Source: Setoptus koraiensis
Lineage: Eukaryota; Animalia; Arthropoda
Direction of reading: 5' to 3'
Length of the DNA stretch: 64,000 nt
Assembly (NCBI GenBank): GCA_048013815.1
Contig: CM106586.1
Coordinates: forward strand, 6,572,001-6,636,000
The notes below the pieces were generated by a model. It was not told where the DNA came from, ran no database searches, and worked only from the letters and a program-made list of their open reading frames with translations. Made by a program: the position numbers and the translations under genes. Shown here piece by piece: positions 34,344 through 47,700 of this stretch (position 1 is the stretch's first letter; each line of letters opens with the position of its first letter).

Positions 34344-34345
<2 letters not shown>

Positions 34346-34377
<32 letters not shown>
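34346..34377. repeat. (TG)n microsatellite
   Basis: About 16 TG units. Confidence 0.95.
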
Positions 34378-34380
<3 letters not shown>

Positions 34381-36694
34381 CGGATCTGCGTGTATCAAAT
34401 TTGTCTGTATCAGTGTGTGTGTGTGCGTTAAACCGGGATAGACCCTGCCTATTAGACAGTCAGTCGGACAACAACAATATTTAGGTTCAACAATGGCGCG
34501 CCAACGGCAGCCGTGTTGTTGTTGGCGCCGACGTGCATCAGTGAGCTAACTGGCGCAACAGCAACCGACGCAACAACAACCGACCCAACAACAACCGACC
34601 AAGCAACCAGCCGCCGACGCCTAACCCGGTTATTGGTCGGGCGAGGCGAGTTGAACGGACCCGATTGCGTGGCTCGCACCATCAGCGGCGGCGGCGGCGG
34701 CATCCAGTTGATGCAATTGGTATGAATATCGGCACGAGAGCGATGATGCCCAGCCGAGTCATTTAGTCAATAATGGGCCCCGTGTGCGTGTGTTGCGAGC
34801 TGGATCGAGGAGCCCATCACAGGACCATCATAACACGTGTGTGCGAGAAGCGCGAGCCTCCGACGACCAGACAATTAAGCTGGCCCCATACAGTGTATAT
34901 TGGGTATATATGGGTATATATATGTATCACTATAACGGCAGCGTCGCAATGCAGATTGTATCAATGATCTGTGGCTCGTTGCGGCGTGCGCGTCCTAAAT
35001 AAATAGTTGCAGTTGCCAACCAAATTATGGCGCCCTCTAATTCAATCATGGCGTGTGTGTGTGCCCGCCAATTGCATCACAATTGCCACATTCCGCTATT
35101 GGCTAGCCAGCGTCGGCAAGCTAGCGCTGGCAAGCCAGCCTCGCGACTCTAGCTGGCTGGCGAACTTGGTTCGGGCCATGTTTGGGCCATGCACGAGATA
35201 AGCCCGGGCTACTGGGCCGGCAGCCATCTTGTTTGCCGACCAGGCTCACCTGAGAGTCTCAGGCTGAGACTGTCGGCCCGAGAGTGGCCAGTGCGGCGGC
35301 CATAATTGAGCCAGCCGGCGCAGTGGAGCCCGCTGCGGGCCAGTATCCGATAGGCGCCACTGGATACTCCAAGTGCGCTGATTTGCATTAATGAGATGGC
35401 CCTCGGGCTGGCCGGCGCCAGCGGCTGGGCGCTTCGTCTGCCTGCCGTTTGCGGTCTCACTTGATGGGCGGCCCGGCGGCCCACCAGACAGGTCGGCGGA
35501 TATCGCCAGCTAATATCGGCTCGCCACTGGCGGCTTATACCACCACGGGCCCAAGTCACTTGGGCCAAGTGAACAGCGGCCACAATTGTTTCGCTAGGCA
35601 ACGTGGCCACGAGCTTGGCGAGCACAAAAGTTGGCTTGGCGCACAAATTGGCCGCTCAGCGCGCGGCAGACAGGCGATGCACCAGCCGGCGGCGCGGGTC
35701 ATTACGCAACACGCCGGGCGCACAGAAAGAGAGTCGCCGGCCGATTGTGGCGGGCGACGCGAGTCAATTGAAATTGGCTTTGCGCAACGGATGAGCCGGC
35801 CGGCCGGCCGGCCGACAGCCAATAATAGCAATAACGGCGAAGATACGAAAATAATTACGATACGATGACATGTGTGTGTGCCTCATACTATGAGGCTCAT
35901 AGCGCGCCCTTGCTCCGGGCCAGCACACACACACGCACACACACGCGCTTGTTATTATTTGGCCCCATTTGTGCACTTCCTCCCTATCGGCGCTCGCATC
36001 TCGGCTTACCTGCGCGCCGCGTCCGCGCCGTCCGCGTCCGACCATAGCGGCGACCATAGTGGGCGCCATGGCGGCCCACTCGCCCCCGCTATATATACAC
36101 GCGGTATGTACAGCGCGGTATGTATAGCGCGGTACATGTACCGCGGACACGACCGAGACGGGCGGCCGCGCTGGGACGCGGCCGCGTTTTGGAGCGCCGC
36201 GGGATTGTTTGCACTCAACAAATTGCCGCTGCCTGGCCGCTGGCCGGAGCGGACGACCGACCGACCGCCAGCCCGCTCTCCGCCGGGCCTCTCGGGGCCC
36301 GTGCCGCATGCGGCTCGCCGACGGCCCCATAGCTCGCATGCGGCGCGTATGCGGCTCGCATGCGCGTGTAGCAGGTGCACACCGCGCTGGTGTGTCAACA
36401 ATAGTTTATTTGATTCTGTCCGCGCTCCTAATGGAGTGGGCACTTTTTACTGGCTCGCGCTCGCCCGCGCCCGGCGGCCCGAAAGAGCAAAGTTCGCGAT
36501 GCGGGGCGCCCTGCGACTCGCAGGCTGCGAGGTCCCCGCACGAGGCGGCGCGAGGCGGCTCTCGCACTGGGCCGGCCGGCCCGCCGGTGCCAGTCGAGCC
36601 GGTTGCGTCGGCAATTTCGTGTCACGACGTTTCGTTGCCATTTTGTCGAGTGTCGCGCGTTGCCCGTTCGTGCCCGTTTCACTTTGAGTGTCGC

Positions 36695-36745
36695 GCGAAC
36701 CGCGGCGCGAATCGCGCTGCGAATCTCGGTGCGAATCTCGGTGCG
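36695..36745. repeat. 12-nt tandem repeat
   Basis: gcgaaccgcggc gcgaatcgcgct gcgaatctcggt gcgaatctcggt. Confidence 0.85.
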
Positions 36746-37442
36746 TCCGACCTGGCCGCTGATGCGACCACTCGAACGAGACGCATTGATTCTTTTTTGC
36801 GCGCCGGCAAGCCAGCGAGCCACTCATTGTGTGTCGGGCCGGCGCGTGTGCGTGTGCCAACGCTGGCCCGGCGCTGGGGCGCCCGCAGCGCTCATGTGAT
36901 GTCCGTGATACATAGCGCGCCAGCGCCAAAAAAGCGCCAGCACTATCTCACCAGTATGGCACAAACTAGAGCATCGAGATAGCGACCAGGCGGCCAATAT
37001 CGGCAGCGGCAGTGCATTAGCCACAGCGGTGCCACACACAGTGATACGGCGCAGTGGGCGCCTGGCACACAGTGTGTCAGTGCTGCTGCAGCTTATCCCG
37101 CGGTGCATGTGTATCCAGTGTGCAGAGGCTAGTGACGCAAAGCGCCAACGCACGGGCCCCAACGGATGCATGTAGCGGATGGATGTTTACCCAAAAGCGG
37201 GGCCAGTCGCATAATGGGGCCGGCGGTGCGATTATTCGCCCAGTGCCAGATCGCCCGGCGCAGTGAGCAGAGCGCGCGCATTGAGCAGCAGCAGCCAGGC
37301 AGCAGTGAACATGAGTGAACCCACGACAACAACAGCAACAACAATGGGCCCACAATGAGTAGCCCGACAGTGCGACCGCAGACAGCGCCCGACTCGACGA
37401 GCGAACCGCCGACCGACCCAAACAAGCGAGCCGCACAAGAAT

Positions 37443-37540
37443 CGAACCCAGCAAGCGAACCCAAGAAACGAGCCGCAAAGGCGAGCCGAAGAAGCGAACC
37501 CAGCAAGCGAACCCAGCAAGCGAACCCAGCAAGCGAACCA
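37443..37540. repeat. 13-nt tandem repeat
   Basis: aagcgaacccagc x3 at 37492-37530 with partial copies on both sides. Confidence 0.9.
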
Positions 37541-37704
37541 ACGAGCGCCGTCCGAAGCAAGCCGTCGGTGGTCAGCGGCGACACGTGATTCGCAGGAGCG
37601 CGCGACAAGTGCCGCACGGGCCGGTTTTGAGCGAGTTCCGTGGGCCGGCGAGCAGTGTAACGATCAGCATAAGTGAGCCTCGCGACAAGCAGCAGCAAGC
37701 CACT

Positions 37705-37757
37705 AGAGAAGAAACGACAGCAGCCAGAGAAGAAACGACAGCAGCCAGAGAAGAAAC
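37705..37757. repeat. 21-nt tandem repeat
   Basis: agagaagaaacgacagcagcc x2.5 (REETTAA in ORF 37585..37812). Confidence 0.9.
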
Positions 37758-37848
37758 AAGGCGACAAAACAAGCGCATCGAGTGCTGCCATGTGCAGCAG
37801 GTTATAAAGTGAAACAAACAGTGACCCCAATCTAGCTCGTGCCGTCAC

Positions 37849-37927
37849 ATAGCGACATAGCGGCATTGCGACGCAGCGACATAGCGACACAGCAAAATAG
37901 CGACGCAGCGACATAGCGGCGAGCGAC
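37849..37927. repeat. 8-nt degenerate tandem repeat, core AGCGAC
   Basis: atagcgac-like units. Confidence 0.8.
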
Positions 37928-38088
37928 AATCAGCAAGAAGTGGCACAGGGCCCCAGATTAAGTGTGGTGGCGATCATGAGGCACACAATTGTGTCGGCGC
38001 AAGCATTCGCGATTGTCGGCCAACTGCGCCCGCCAGCCACACCAACCGCCAGCTAAATAATCCGCACAGCTCCCGTTAAGCGACGCAT

Positions 38089-38132
38089 CCCGCGACATAC
38101 CCGCGACATACCCGCGACATACCCGCGATATA
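38089..38132. repeat. 11-nt tandem repeat
   Basis: cccgcgacata x3 plus cccgcgatata. Confidence 0.92.
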
Positions 38133-38199
38133 ATTCCCGGTTCGTACGCGACATTGCGCGGCCCGTCATACAGCTCCCATTGTAGCGGCGTGTCGGTCC

Positions 38200-38267
38200 C
38201 GTTATAACGTTATAACGTCATACCGTCATACCGTCATACAGTCATAACGTCATACCGTCATAACGTC
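38200..38267. repeat. 8-nt tandem repeat
   Basis: cgttataa x2 followed by cgtcata(c/a) variants, 8 units. Confidence 0.9.
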
Positions 38268-38469
38268 GTATTTACTGCATGGCTGCCAGCAAGCGGCTGA
38301 CAGTTGCACGCCAGTTGCGACACACTCACACTGGGCCCGATCAACATGATAATTATGTAACACCGTCGTGTGTCAGCTCACCTGTTCGCCTCATAGCTGA
38401 TTTAGGCGCTGATAGCGCTCGCACTTGCACACCCATACACTTGTCGCCTTCATACTATACGATCGCGTA

Positions 38470-38472
<3 letters not shown>

Positions 38473-38505
<33 letters not shown>
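38473..38505. repeat. (CA)n microsatellite
   Basis: About 16 CA units. Confidence 0.95.
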
Positions 38506-38508
<3 letters not shown>

Positions 38509-38769
38509 CGAGCTGGTTCGTGCTAATCAATCAAAGTCACTCGAACGTGTGCAACTGTAACACATTGTCACAACAGCAACATTGTCAAGCTGTTGATACA
38601 GGCGCCCGACTAACCGAGCCCGACTGCACCCCGCTGCTCGCCGCAATCGCCCATTCTGTGCTGCTCGCCCTATCTGTGCTACCCGCGCGTCACCTGTGCC
38701 CGTGCCTCACCTGTACCCGCCGGTAGCGCAATCATCGTGATCGTCACAATCATCGTAATCGTCATACAG

Positions 38770-38785
38770 TACTAACGACAGACAG
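38770..38785 (+). promoter_or_regulatory. Branch point and 3' splice site of the giant exon
   Basis: Exact TACTAAC at 38770-38776, then CAG ending at 38781 and CAG ending at 38785. The in-frame TAA at 38773-38775 closes the frame upstream. Confidence 0.6.
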
Positions 38786-38787
38786 GC

Positions 38788-41700
38788 ATGTCGTACCCGA
38801 GACAGTTGCTCAGACTGGGCACCTGTGAGACCGGCGGCGACGCAAGCGCCCCCGTGGCCGCCTCCAGTTCGGACGCCGGCCACCGTTTAGACGAGCGCTC
38901 AGACATTCGTTTGGACGGCGGCGGCCACTCGATAGAGCAGCAACGGCAACAGCTGGCGCTCGACGACCGCCACCAGCTCGGCCCGCAGTGGTGGGCGCGC
39001 AAGGCGCCCCTGTCGGCGCCGCCAACAAGTGCCAATTGTTCGTCGTCGTCGTCGTCGTGTCGGTTGTACAATGCGGCGGGCGCGGCAAGCGAACAGCAGT
39101 TTGACAGTTACTTGCACAACCAGCCGCTAGGCGTGCAACCAATTCCAATGGCACGGTCCAGCGCGACGCTGAACGGGCACGGCCCCACAGGTGAGCTGGC
39201 CATGATGCAGCTGACGTTCGAGCAGACGTTCGAGCAGCAACAGATCACAGAGCAGCAACAGATCACAGTGCAGCAACAGAGGCCCAGGCGCAAATTGCCC
39301 GCACGTCCGGCCGCCAGTCAGCTGGCTGCGGCCGGCAGCGTGCAGCTGAGCCGGTCAGCGGGCGACCACTGGCTGCTCGTGGCCAGCGACCACGAGCTGC
39401 CTGCACTTCAGCACGTGCTCGCAGATGGCGGCGCAACAAATTGCGCGCCCAACGAGCTTGGCGTTGGCACAGGCGAAAACGTAACGGCGTTACAACAGCG
39501 ACAGCAGCAAACGGAACAGCAACAAACGGGGGCGCTCAGCGCAACGGCGGTCAATTTGCGCAGCAACAGCGAGTCACGTTTGCTGCTGAGGCGCCACCAT
39601 CGATTCAGGCAGCAACAACAGCTGCAGCAGCAGCAAATGGCCTGGTCGGCGGGCACGGTCGACGCCGGCGCCGCGAGCCACACAAATGACGCAACCAATG
39701 AACAAACCAATTTAGATTTAGAGCGCGGCACGCGGGCGCCACAAATGCTGGCCAACGGGCCAACGACGCGCGATTTGAGCCAGACGCCGGCGGACGCGCT
39801 GCCCACAAATAGCGACTGCGTTGCAACTTCCGGTTCCGCAACCGGCTCACCCAGCAGCAACTGTCATCAGCAGCTGTCGTACGTGCACGCCGGTTACGTA
39901 AGCGCGGACTGTCGAGCGTCGCGTGTCAGCTCGGTGGGCTCAATGGGCTCAATGGGCTCAATGGGCTCGATGGGCTCGATGGGCGATTACCGGTACGGGC
40001 GATACCAGTGTCGCGCCACAAGTGACACTGGTGACACTTGTGACACTTTTGACGCTGTTGACGCTGTTGACGCGGGCGACTTGGCTGGCACGCAAAACGC
40101 CGGCCCGCTGCAATCAGCTGACCAGTTCACCTGTCGGGCGGCGGTGCTGTCACCTGTGCCGGCAAGGACAACTAATCATGGCGGCAATGGGGGTGTCATA
40201 AATAGATACAGCAAATTCAACAGAACCATTCCGGCCCACCAAAACGAGAGTCAACTTTCGACCGCCAGATGGCGCCAGCGTCGCAACCTGCCAAAACGAC
40301 CAGCCAGTTGCACAACAGCACCACCAACAACAGCACCACCACCAGCAGCACCAGCTCAGCAGCTCGGCATCACAACAATGGTCAACCACAACACAATACA
40401 AAATACGAATACTGATAATACGAATACGAATGCCACACTAAATAAGGCAAATAATGCGACAATAAATAATACAAATAACGCGACGCTGAATAATACAAAT
40501 ATCGCGACAAGAAATAACACAAATCCAGTCCAACAATCATTTCCAAACAACTTGCCAACAAATCTGTGTTTGCCGCTGGATCGCGCCCGCGCCAACAGTC
40601 TGGCCGATAATACCGATGTGCTGATGGCGGCGGGCCGCCAGTGGCCGCGCGCCACCGGTAACGAAGACGCCACGTTAGACGAAAGTGAGCCGGCCCGGCA
40701 AGTGCCTCTCGAATTGGCCGTGACAAGCCGCCGATCGTCGCCGACCTACAATTGTCAGCGATCGATGTCATTGTTGACGCCGGGCTACAATAGCCAGGCC
40801 ACCACTCCCATTGGGGGCGCCCTAATGACCGCCGAAAGCGGCACAATGCTGACCAGTGACGCAACCGCTGGCTGGCAGGCGTGTTACGACGATCGGCGGG
40901 ACAGTTTGCAGTTGTTGCAACAGCGACAACAATTAAGTCAGCGCTTGCCGGGCGCCGACTTGATCATCAGCGGCGATTCGCCGGACCCGACAATCGCAAC
41001 GGGCCAGGCAATCATGGCCAGTGAGGCGCTCATCGACAACAATCCCGTTCCGTCCGGCGCCCACAACAACAGTCCCGTTCCGATGGGCCCGACGGCGACA
41101 CCGGCGCCCGGTGATGCAAATAATTCAACAGATAATGGCGCGACAATTTCAAATTGCGCCCATTCATCGGGCCGCTTCGACGGCCAGTCGGCGGCGGGGG
41201 GCGGCTTTGTTAATTTCGGCCCGAATCGCCACCAGCTTCCGCCAATGGCGGACTATTGTGCGGGCGCGCCGGGCCAGCCGACAGCGCTACGGGCCGCGAA
41301 ATGGTCGCTTGGCGGGGCGCCGCCGACTCTGGTGGCGCCGACACTGGCCGGCCAGACGGCCGCGAGCGGCATTATTGATTGTGGCGGCGGCGGCCAGATT
41401 ATCCGGGCCGCGGACAAAGCGCCGCAGCCAGCCCGCGACGGCCAGTCGGGTCCGCTGGCGTGCGTGCAAGCGTCGTCATTTTCGGTAATGACATTAACGG
41501 CAGCAACATCACAAACAACAACAACAACAGCGCCAACGTCAACTGTGACCAGCGGCGGCCCGACTGGGCCGCCGCCAGGTGACAGTGCCAGTCAGCAACG
41601 CTACGAGCGCTACATCGGGGGCCCCATAACAGTGGCACAATCACAAGCTAACAGCTCAAGTTTAGCTGCACAAGACACGCCAATAGTTGCGGCAGCGATT

Positions 41701-44700
41701 GCGCAATTGGGGCCCGCACAGCACGAGCATGGGCCCCACATGCGAGCTGGCTTGCCGAGTTGCCTGGCCAAAGTGGGCCAAAGCGCGAGTATTAGCGTTG
41801 CTGGCGCTGTGCCATCATGTCGGCCATCATCATCATCATCGTCATCACCTTGTAAGCCACTGAGCGCCACCAAGTCGTGCGAGGCTCCGTCGCTAGGTGG
41901 CCAGTGGCAGCAGCCAGCGAGGCAAGCGGCTCACAGGCCGCCGGCGCCGCAGCAGCAGCAGCAACAACAACAACAACAACAACACCAACAACAACAGCAG
42001 CCCAGTTGGCAGCGCTTGCAGCGCACCAGTTCGGGACCGCCGTCAGTCAGTGGCTGTTGGTCGCAGCAGCAACAGCAACAACAACACCAGCAACATCAGC
42101 AGCAACATAGACACCGAAAACCGTTTCACAGCGCCCCCACGAGCGGCGAACAAGTGCCCGCGAGCGCCCGATCTCCGCTAGCGTTTCAGTCAGAGGCCCC
42201 TTCTCAGTCAGAGGCCCCCTTTCAGTTAGAGGCCCCCTTTCAGTCGGAGGCCCCCGCGTTACAGTCAGAGGCGCCCCCGTTACAGTCAGTGGAGCAGTAT
42301 GAGGCCCCTGCCAGCCCCATGATCCGCGTGCTCAGGGGCGCATTTGCATTTATTGGATTTACGACAGCAGCAACAGCAACAACAACAACAGCAACAACAA
42401 CAGTAACAGCTCAGCCAGCGACAACAGTGACCGACGACACTCAGCAAACAACAGACACAAGCGAGCCCAACAGCCAACACGCCAACACACCAACAACCTG
42501 TCACGCCGCAAACAACACGAGCAGCACGAGCAACAGCGCACTCGAGCAACCGGAAATGGAGCAGCAGCGCCGCCGGCCGATCGTCAGGGGTAACTCGATC
42601 GCGTCGCAACAGTGCCTCAAGACCACCATACCCGCCAAGACGCGCCTGCTGCTGTCCACAAAATCGCACGACCAATCGCAGCTAATAATGCCCAACGATT
42701 GCCTATACGCGCCCGGTGGGCCCGACCTGGGTGCGGCACCCGTGCCCGATCAGCGCCACCTCGGGCATCACAGCAGCGGCAGCTATTCAAGCGGCTCGCC
42801 GGGCACAGCAACAGCAGCAAGCGCCAGCAACAGTCTCATGGTGGCAACGGGTGTAGCGCAACTCATCAACCAGACGTCGCCCTCGTCGTCGTCGTTTGAC
42901 CAACAAGCGGCCAGATCGCCGATGGGCGACTATGCGCCATACGGCGCCAACTTGAGACACCAGCAACAGCACCAGCAACATTCGCTAGCCCAATACGGCC
43001 ACCAGGTGAGAGTGATCAACGTGGCCCGGCGACACAGATCGGGCGCGCACCACGGGCACCGGCACCGGCGCCGCCACGCGCACCCGAACCGACTGGCGGC
43101 GCCCATGTACGCGGGCCAACGGGCCGACTCGAGCGCATCGTCGGGCTCGTGCTCGTCGAGCTCGTCGTCGCGTTCCGTGTCGCCGTCGCCCGCCGCCGCC
43201 GCCGCTACTGTGAATCAGCCGCAATTTGACGGTACTCCCATGGCACCGCTTGGCGCGCCGGCCCGAGTTGCGCCCGTGCCGCCGCTCGTACCGGCCGTAC
43301 CCGCCATGGGCAATTTTGTGCAGCCGCCCGCGCCCACGCAGCAGCAGCAACAGCCACCGCTCCAGCAAGACCCCATGGCCGGCCAGCCGATTCAGGTGCG
43401 CCGCCACAGGCGCCTGCCGCCCATACCGACCGCAGCGCAGCAGCAACAGCACCAGACGCGGTTCGGGGGTGTGGCGCAGGGCGCGGGCGACCCGGACATC
43501 ATCGGCCAGCAGCAGCAGCAGCAACAAATCAATCAATCTCATAATCAGATCGTTCAAGCGTCTCAGCAGCCGCAGCAGCAGCGGGGCCTGGTGTCGGTGC
43601 CGATGCATCCGTCTACTGGCGGCCAATCAATGATAATGAGCGATCATGTCACCATTGGCGCCACCGACAGGCGCCCTTCCGTTCTGAGTCAGAACTCGCT
43701 GTCGCTGGTGCGCAGCGAGCGGAGCCGCAGCGGCTCCTCGTCGAGCGGCTCGCTGGCGGGCGGAAGTCAGACGCCCAGCCCGCGAACGCCAAACACGAGC
43801 AACAACGCGCCACAGCAACCGCAACAGCCGCAACAGCCGCAACAACCTCAGCACCATCAGCAGCCGCAAAAGGTGCGCATACAAATGGCGGCGCCCAGCG
43901 CGGGTAATCGTCGCCAGCAATTAGCGTCGGCAAGCTCGTCGTCGCTTACCTCCAATTCGTGCTCCACATCCACCATGAGCACGTCGGCGTCGTTGACCAG
44001 CCAGCAGCAGCACTCGTCGTCCACGGTCAACCTCAACAACGGTCCCCTCGCCTCGGCCCCCGCCGACCAGCAACAACAACAGCAACAACAGCAGCAGCAG
44101 CAACAGCAACAACGCCAACAACAACAGCACACCAACAACCAGAGATTTGTGTTTGAATTTCCGCCGGCCCCGCAGCAACCGCCCGCGCCCGCCGCTCCGG
44201 CCGGCCAGCAGTCCAGCCAGCCGGCCAACATGACCCCGCGGCCCAGCTCGCCCCCCTTGGCCACGCGCATACCCCAAGCGGCCGGAAGCGGCGGCCAGCA
44301 GCATGCGGCCATGAGACAGCCCTCGCAGCAGCATCTCAAGCAGCCCGATCTGAGCACGTTGCATCGGGCCGGCTCGTCGGCTTCCATCGAGGAGATCACC
44401 TCGACCATAAACTCGCTGTGGTCAATCAGCAACACAACCGCCACCACATCCAATGGTGCAGCAGCAACCGGAAGTGGCTACAGTGGCGCCAGCAACAGCA
44501 ACAACAACAGCAACAACAACAAAAATGCAAATTTTGCAGCAACAGCATGTGATAATAGCAATAATAGCAATAATAGTTATGTGTCCACAACCAATACCAA
44601 TAACACTCACCACCTGTCTTACCCGAACAACGCGGCGGCCAGCCAGAGCGCAACCGCCACTACCCGAACAAGCTCGGACGAGCAACCCGGACAGCCGGCC

Positions 44701-47700
44701 GGGTTTGCCGAGTGCATCAGCGACCACCACAAGAAAGCGCCCGTTCAACATAGCAAATCCAATTCAATGAATTCCGGCGGCGGCCCCGCCAACAGCGGCC
44801 CGGCCACTGCCACCGGCAAGCTCACCAGCGACATCGAGCGAGCGGTGGCCGCGGCCGGATCGATTGCGGCCACTGTGGCCTCGGCCGCCAGCAGCACGCC
44901 CGAGCCCGGCAGTATCACGAACGGCGGCGCGGCCGTGGACAGCGGCGGCGGTGGCCTCTTGCCCGTGCAGATATACCCGGAGGCGCACCGCAGTCCGTCG
45001 GGCCGGCGCCTGTCGAGCTGCGGCAGCGGACTGCGGGCCAATTTTTTGTCAAAGAAACAACAGGCCATACACGACACCTACTCGTCCTATAGCGTGTCGC
45101 CGCCACTGTCGTCGTTAGAGTCCAGCCACAGCAAGGGCTCGTGCGAGGCGCCCGCCAACCACTCGCTGCTGGTCACATGCGGCCCGGCGAACCGGCCCCC
45201 CTCGCCCGCAAATACGCACTTGGGCGGCTACGGAACGGCCTTTTGCGGAATCGGAGCACGCGCTGCCTCGGCACAGCCTCTGTTTGTTTTGGAGGGGCCG
45301 ACAACGGGCGGCAGCGGCGGTGCGCCGGGTAGCCCGACCTCGGCGGGCGGCTGGCGTCCGTCGTCCGGGTGCCTGTTCGACAGCACCAGCAGCGACACAT
45401 ACCAGGCCGGTGGCCAGCAAAAGTGGCACTTGCCGGCGTCGTCCGCGTGCAGCCAACAACATCGGCACGTTTTGCCGCCGCGCGCCGCTTCCGCCACCGA
45501 CTCGACGTCGCATTCCATCAGCGGCACGATTTGCCTAGCGGGCGCCCACAACAACAGCCAGAGTCACATGGGCACTTGTGCCAGTTGCGGCGTTGCGGGC
45601 TCCTCGGGCTCGGCGCAGCCACTTTTAATCGTGGGCCTGGCCACGCAGTCGGCCAGCAAATTGAAGCAGCAGCTCGTGGCAAATCGACAAACTAATTATC
45701 AGACGGGCGACCTGTCCGCGCAGCGCCCCCACCACCCGCAACAGCAGCAATCACAGCAGCAACAATGGCGCCTGCTGAGGCCCGCCATGTCGTGCGTGGA
45801 GCAGTTTAACTCGCACGGGGGCGCCGTCAGCGTGCCTGGCTCGTGCAGCTCGAATCCCGGCTCCAGCTCGTGCTCGCCCAATCGATCATCGCTGACTGCC
45901 GCTAAACAACAACAGCCGCCTCAATTGCCCGCCGTGGTGCTCGCCACAGACGGCGGCGCCCCAGACGGCGGCACCCCAGACGGCGCCGCAACCGGCACAG
46001 GCACAGGTGAGCCGGGCCAGCAGCAGCAGCAACCGGCCGTGCGACAGGCCCGCTTCGGGTCTTGGGTGGCGCGCATAGCGCCGCCCGCGCTGTCGGCGCC
46101 CGCAAGCGGCGCGCCCGGCAGCCGCTCCAAATCGTTCAATCAGCTCGACACGCTGTCTAGGCCCGACGGCGCGCCCCGGCCCCAGTCGAGCAGCGGCGCC
46201 AGGCGGCGCAACGTCAGACAATTGCCACTTGGCCGACTTATGTCAAGCTCGTCGTCGTCGTCTTCGTCGTCCATGGAATCGCGCCAGTCCAACGGCAGCC
46301 TGTCTAGCGGCTCGCAAAATGACGATGATGCATCGTGCGCCGCTGTCGCCACCACTTTGCACCAAACAGATGACGCCGCAACCGCGTCGGCCCGACCGAG
46401 GCGCCACAGCGGCCGGCACGCCCCCAGGAACAAGTCGCAGCGACAGGTGAGAACAAGCCGAGCAGATCATGAGCAGCAAGACGCGGCCGATTGTTCTGCT
46501 GCAACCGCCGAGCAGCACAACAGCGCCAAGCAGCGCACCCTGTCGGCGGCGCCCGCCTTCGACCTGGAGGCGCGCCATCAATCCGCCGCAACCAATTTTT
46601 ACGCTACCGGTCAGCGGTCCGTTGAGGGCGCGGTGTTCGGTCGCGACGGGCACCGGCTCGTCAACGAATCTTGTCACGCGCTGCCGCTAAATGAGCGCTT
46701 CAAGCGCACCCAAAGTGCCGCAAACACGCTCTTTCAAAAGGTAAATATTTCGCGCCAATCTACGGCCAACAGCGCCGTCAGCGACTCGTCCATGTGCAAC
46801 ATCAACCTGGTGGGTATCACCACCACGCCCACGGCCAGCAATCAGCAGCTCGACCACTCGCCCGCGAAATCGGACAGCGGCACCGCTCGGGACAGCAGAA
46901 GCAAGCGGGCAGGCATCGCGCACAAACTGAGCGCTGACTCGTCCATCGGGTTTGTTGCCGGCACGACGGGCTCAGTCGGGCCGGCAGCTGCGGCCGCACC
47001 AAGCGGCAAAAGCAAGAATCATCTGGAGGTGACAAGCGCACAGGTGCCGCCGGACAGCCTGCAGCAACAGAAACAGCTGAGCTTCGTCGGGTCCCGGTGC
47101 GCGCCGCTGCGGGCGTTCACCTTTGACTTGCATCAGACGCACAACGAGCAAAAGAGGCGCAGGAACAAGCGCCGACACAGGCGACGCAACAGCAAGCAGC
47201 CCGCGGCTCACGACGACAGCCTGGGCATGACCGACAGCGACAGTGACGGGCCGGCTCACGACGACGGCGCCCTCAATAACCGCACTCAGGCGCTCAGCAG
47301 TTCGCATTGCGACAACACAATTGGCGCCGATGGCACCACCAATCACGAAGAGGACGAGTTTGAGTGGTTTATGCGCATCGCCTCCTCGCCCAACAACACG
47401 AACAACAAGCAACCGGAAGTGGCCTGCCAGCAACAGCAGCAGCAGTCCAGCGCCGGAAGTGGAAACAACCGGAAGCAGCAGCAACAGCTGACCATGACGA
47501 GTCTGGTGTCGACGTATTTGCACTGGACGATAGCCAAGGGCAGACACTCGATGAAAGAGACGAGCAAGGAGAGGCGCGCTTGGCGCGCCATCACCCGGGC
47601 CAATCGCGGCCACAACAACAGTCGCGCCGACGACTCAGAACAGGTGTTTGTGGTGACCACCGACGACAGCATGACGGTGACGGCGCCCATGCAACAGCAA

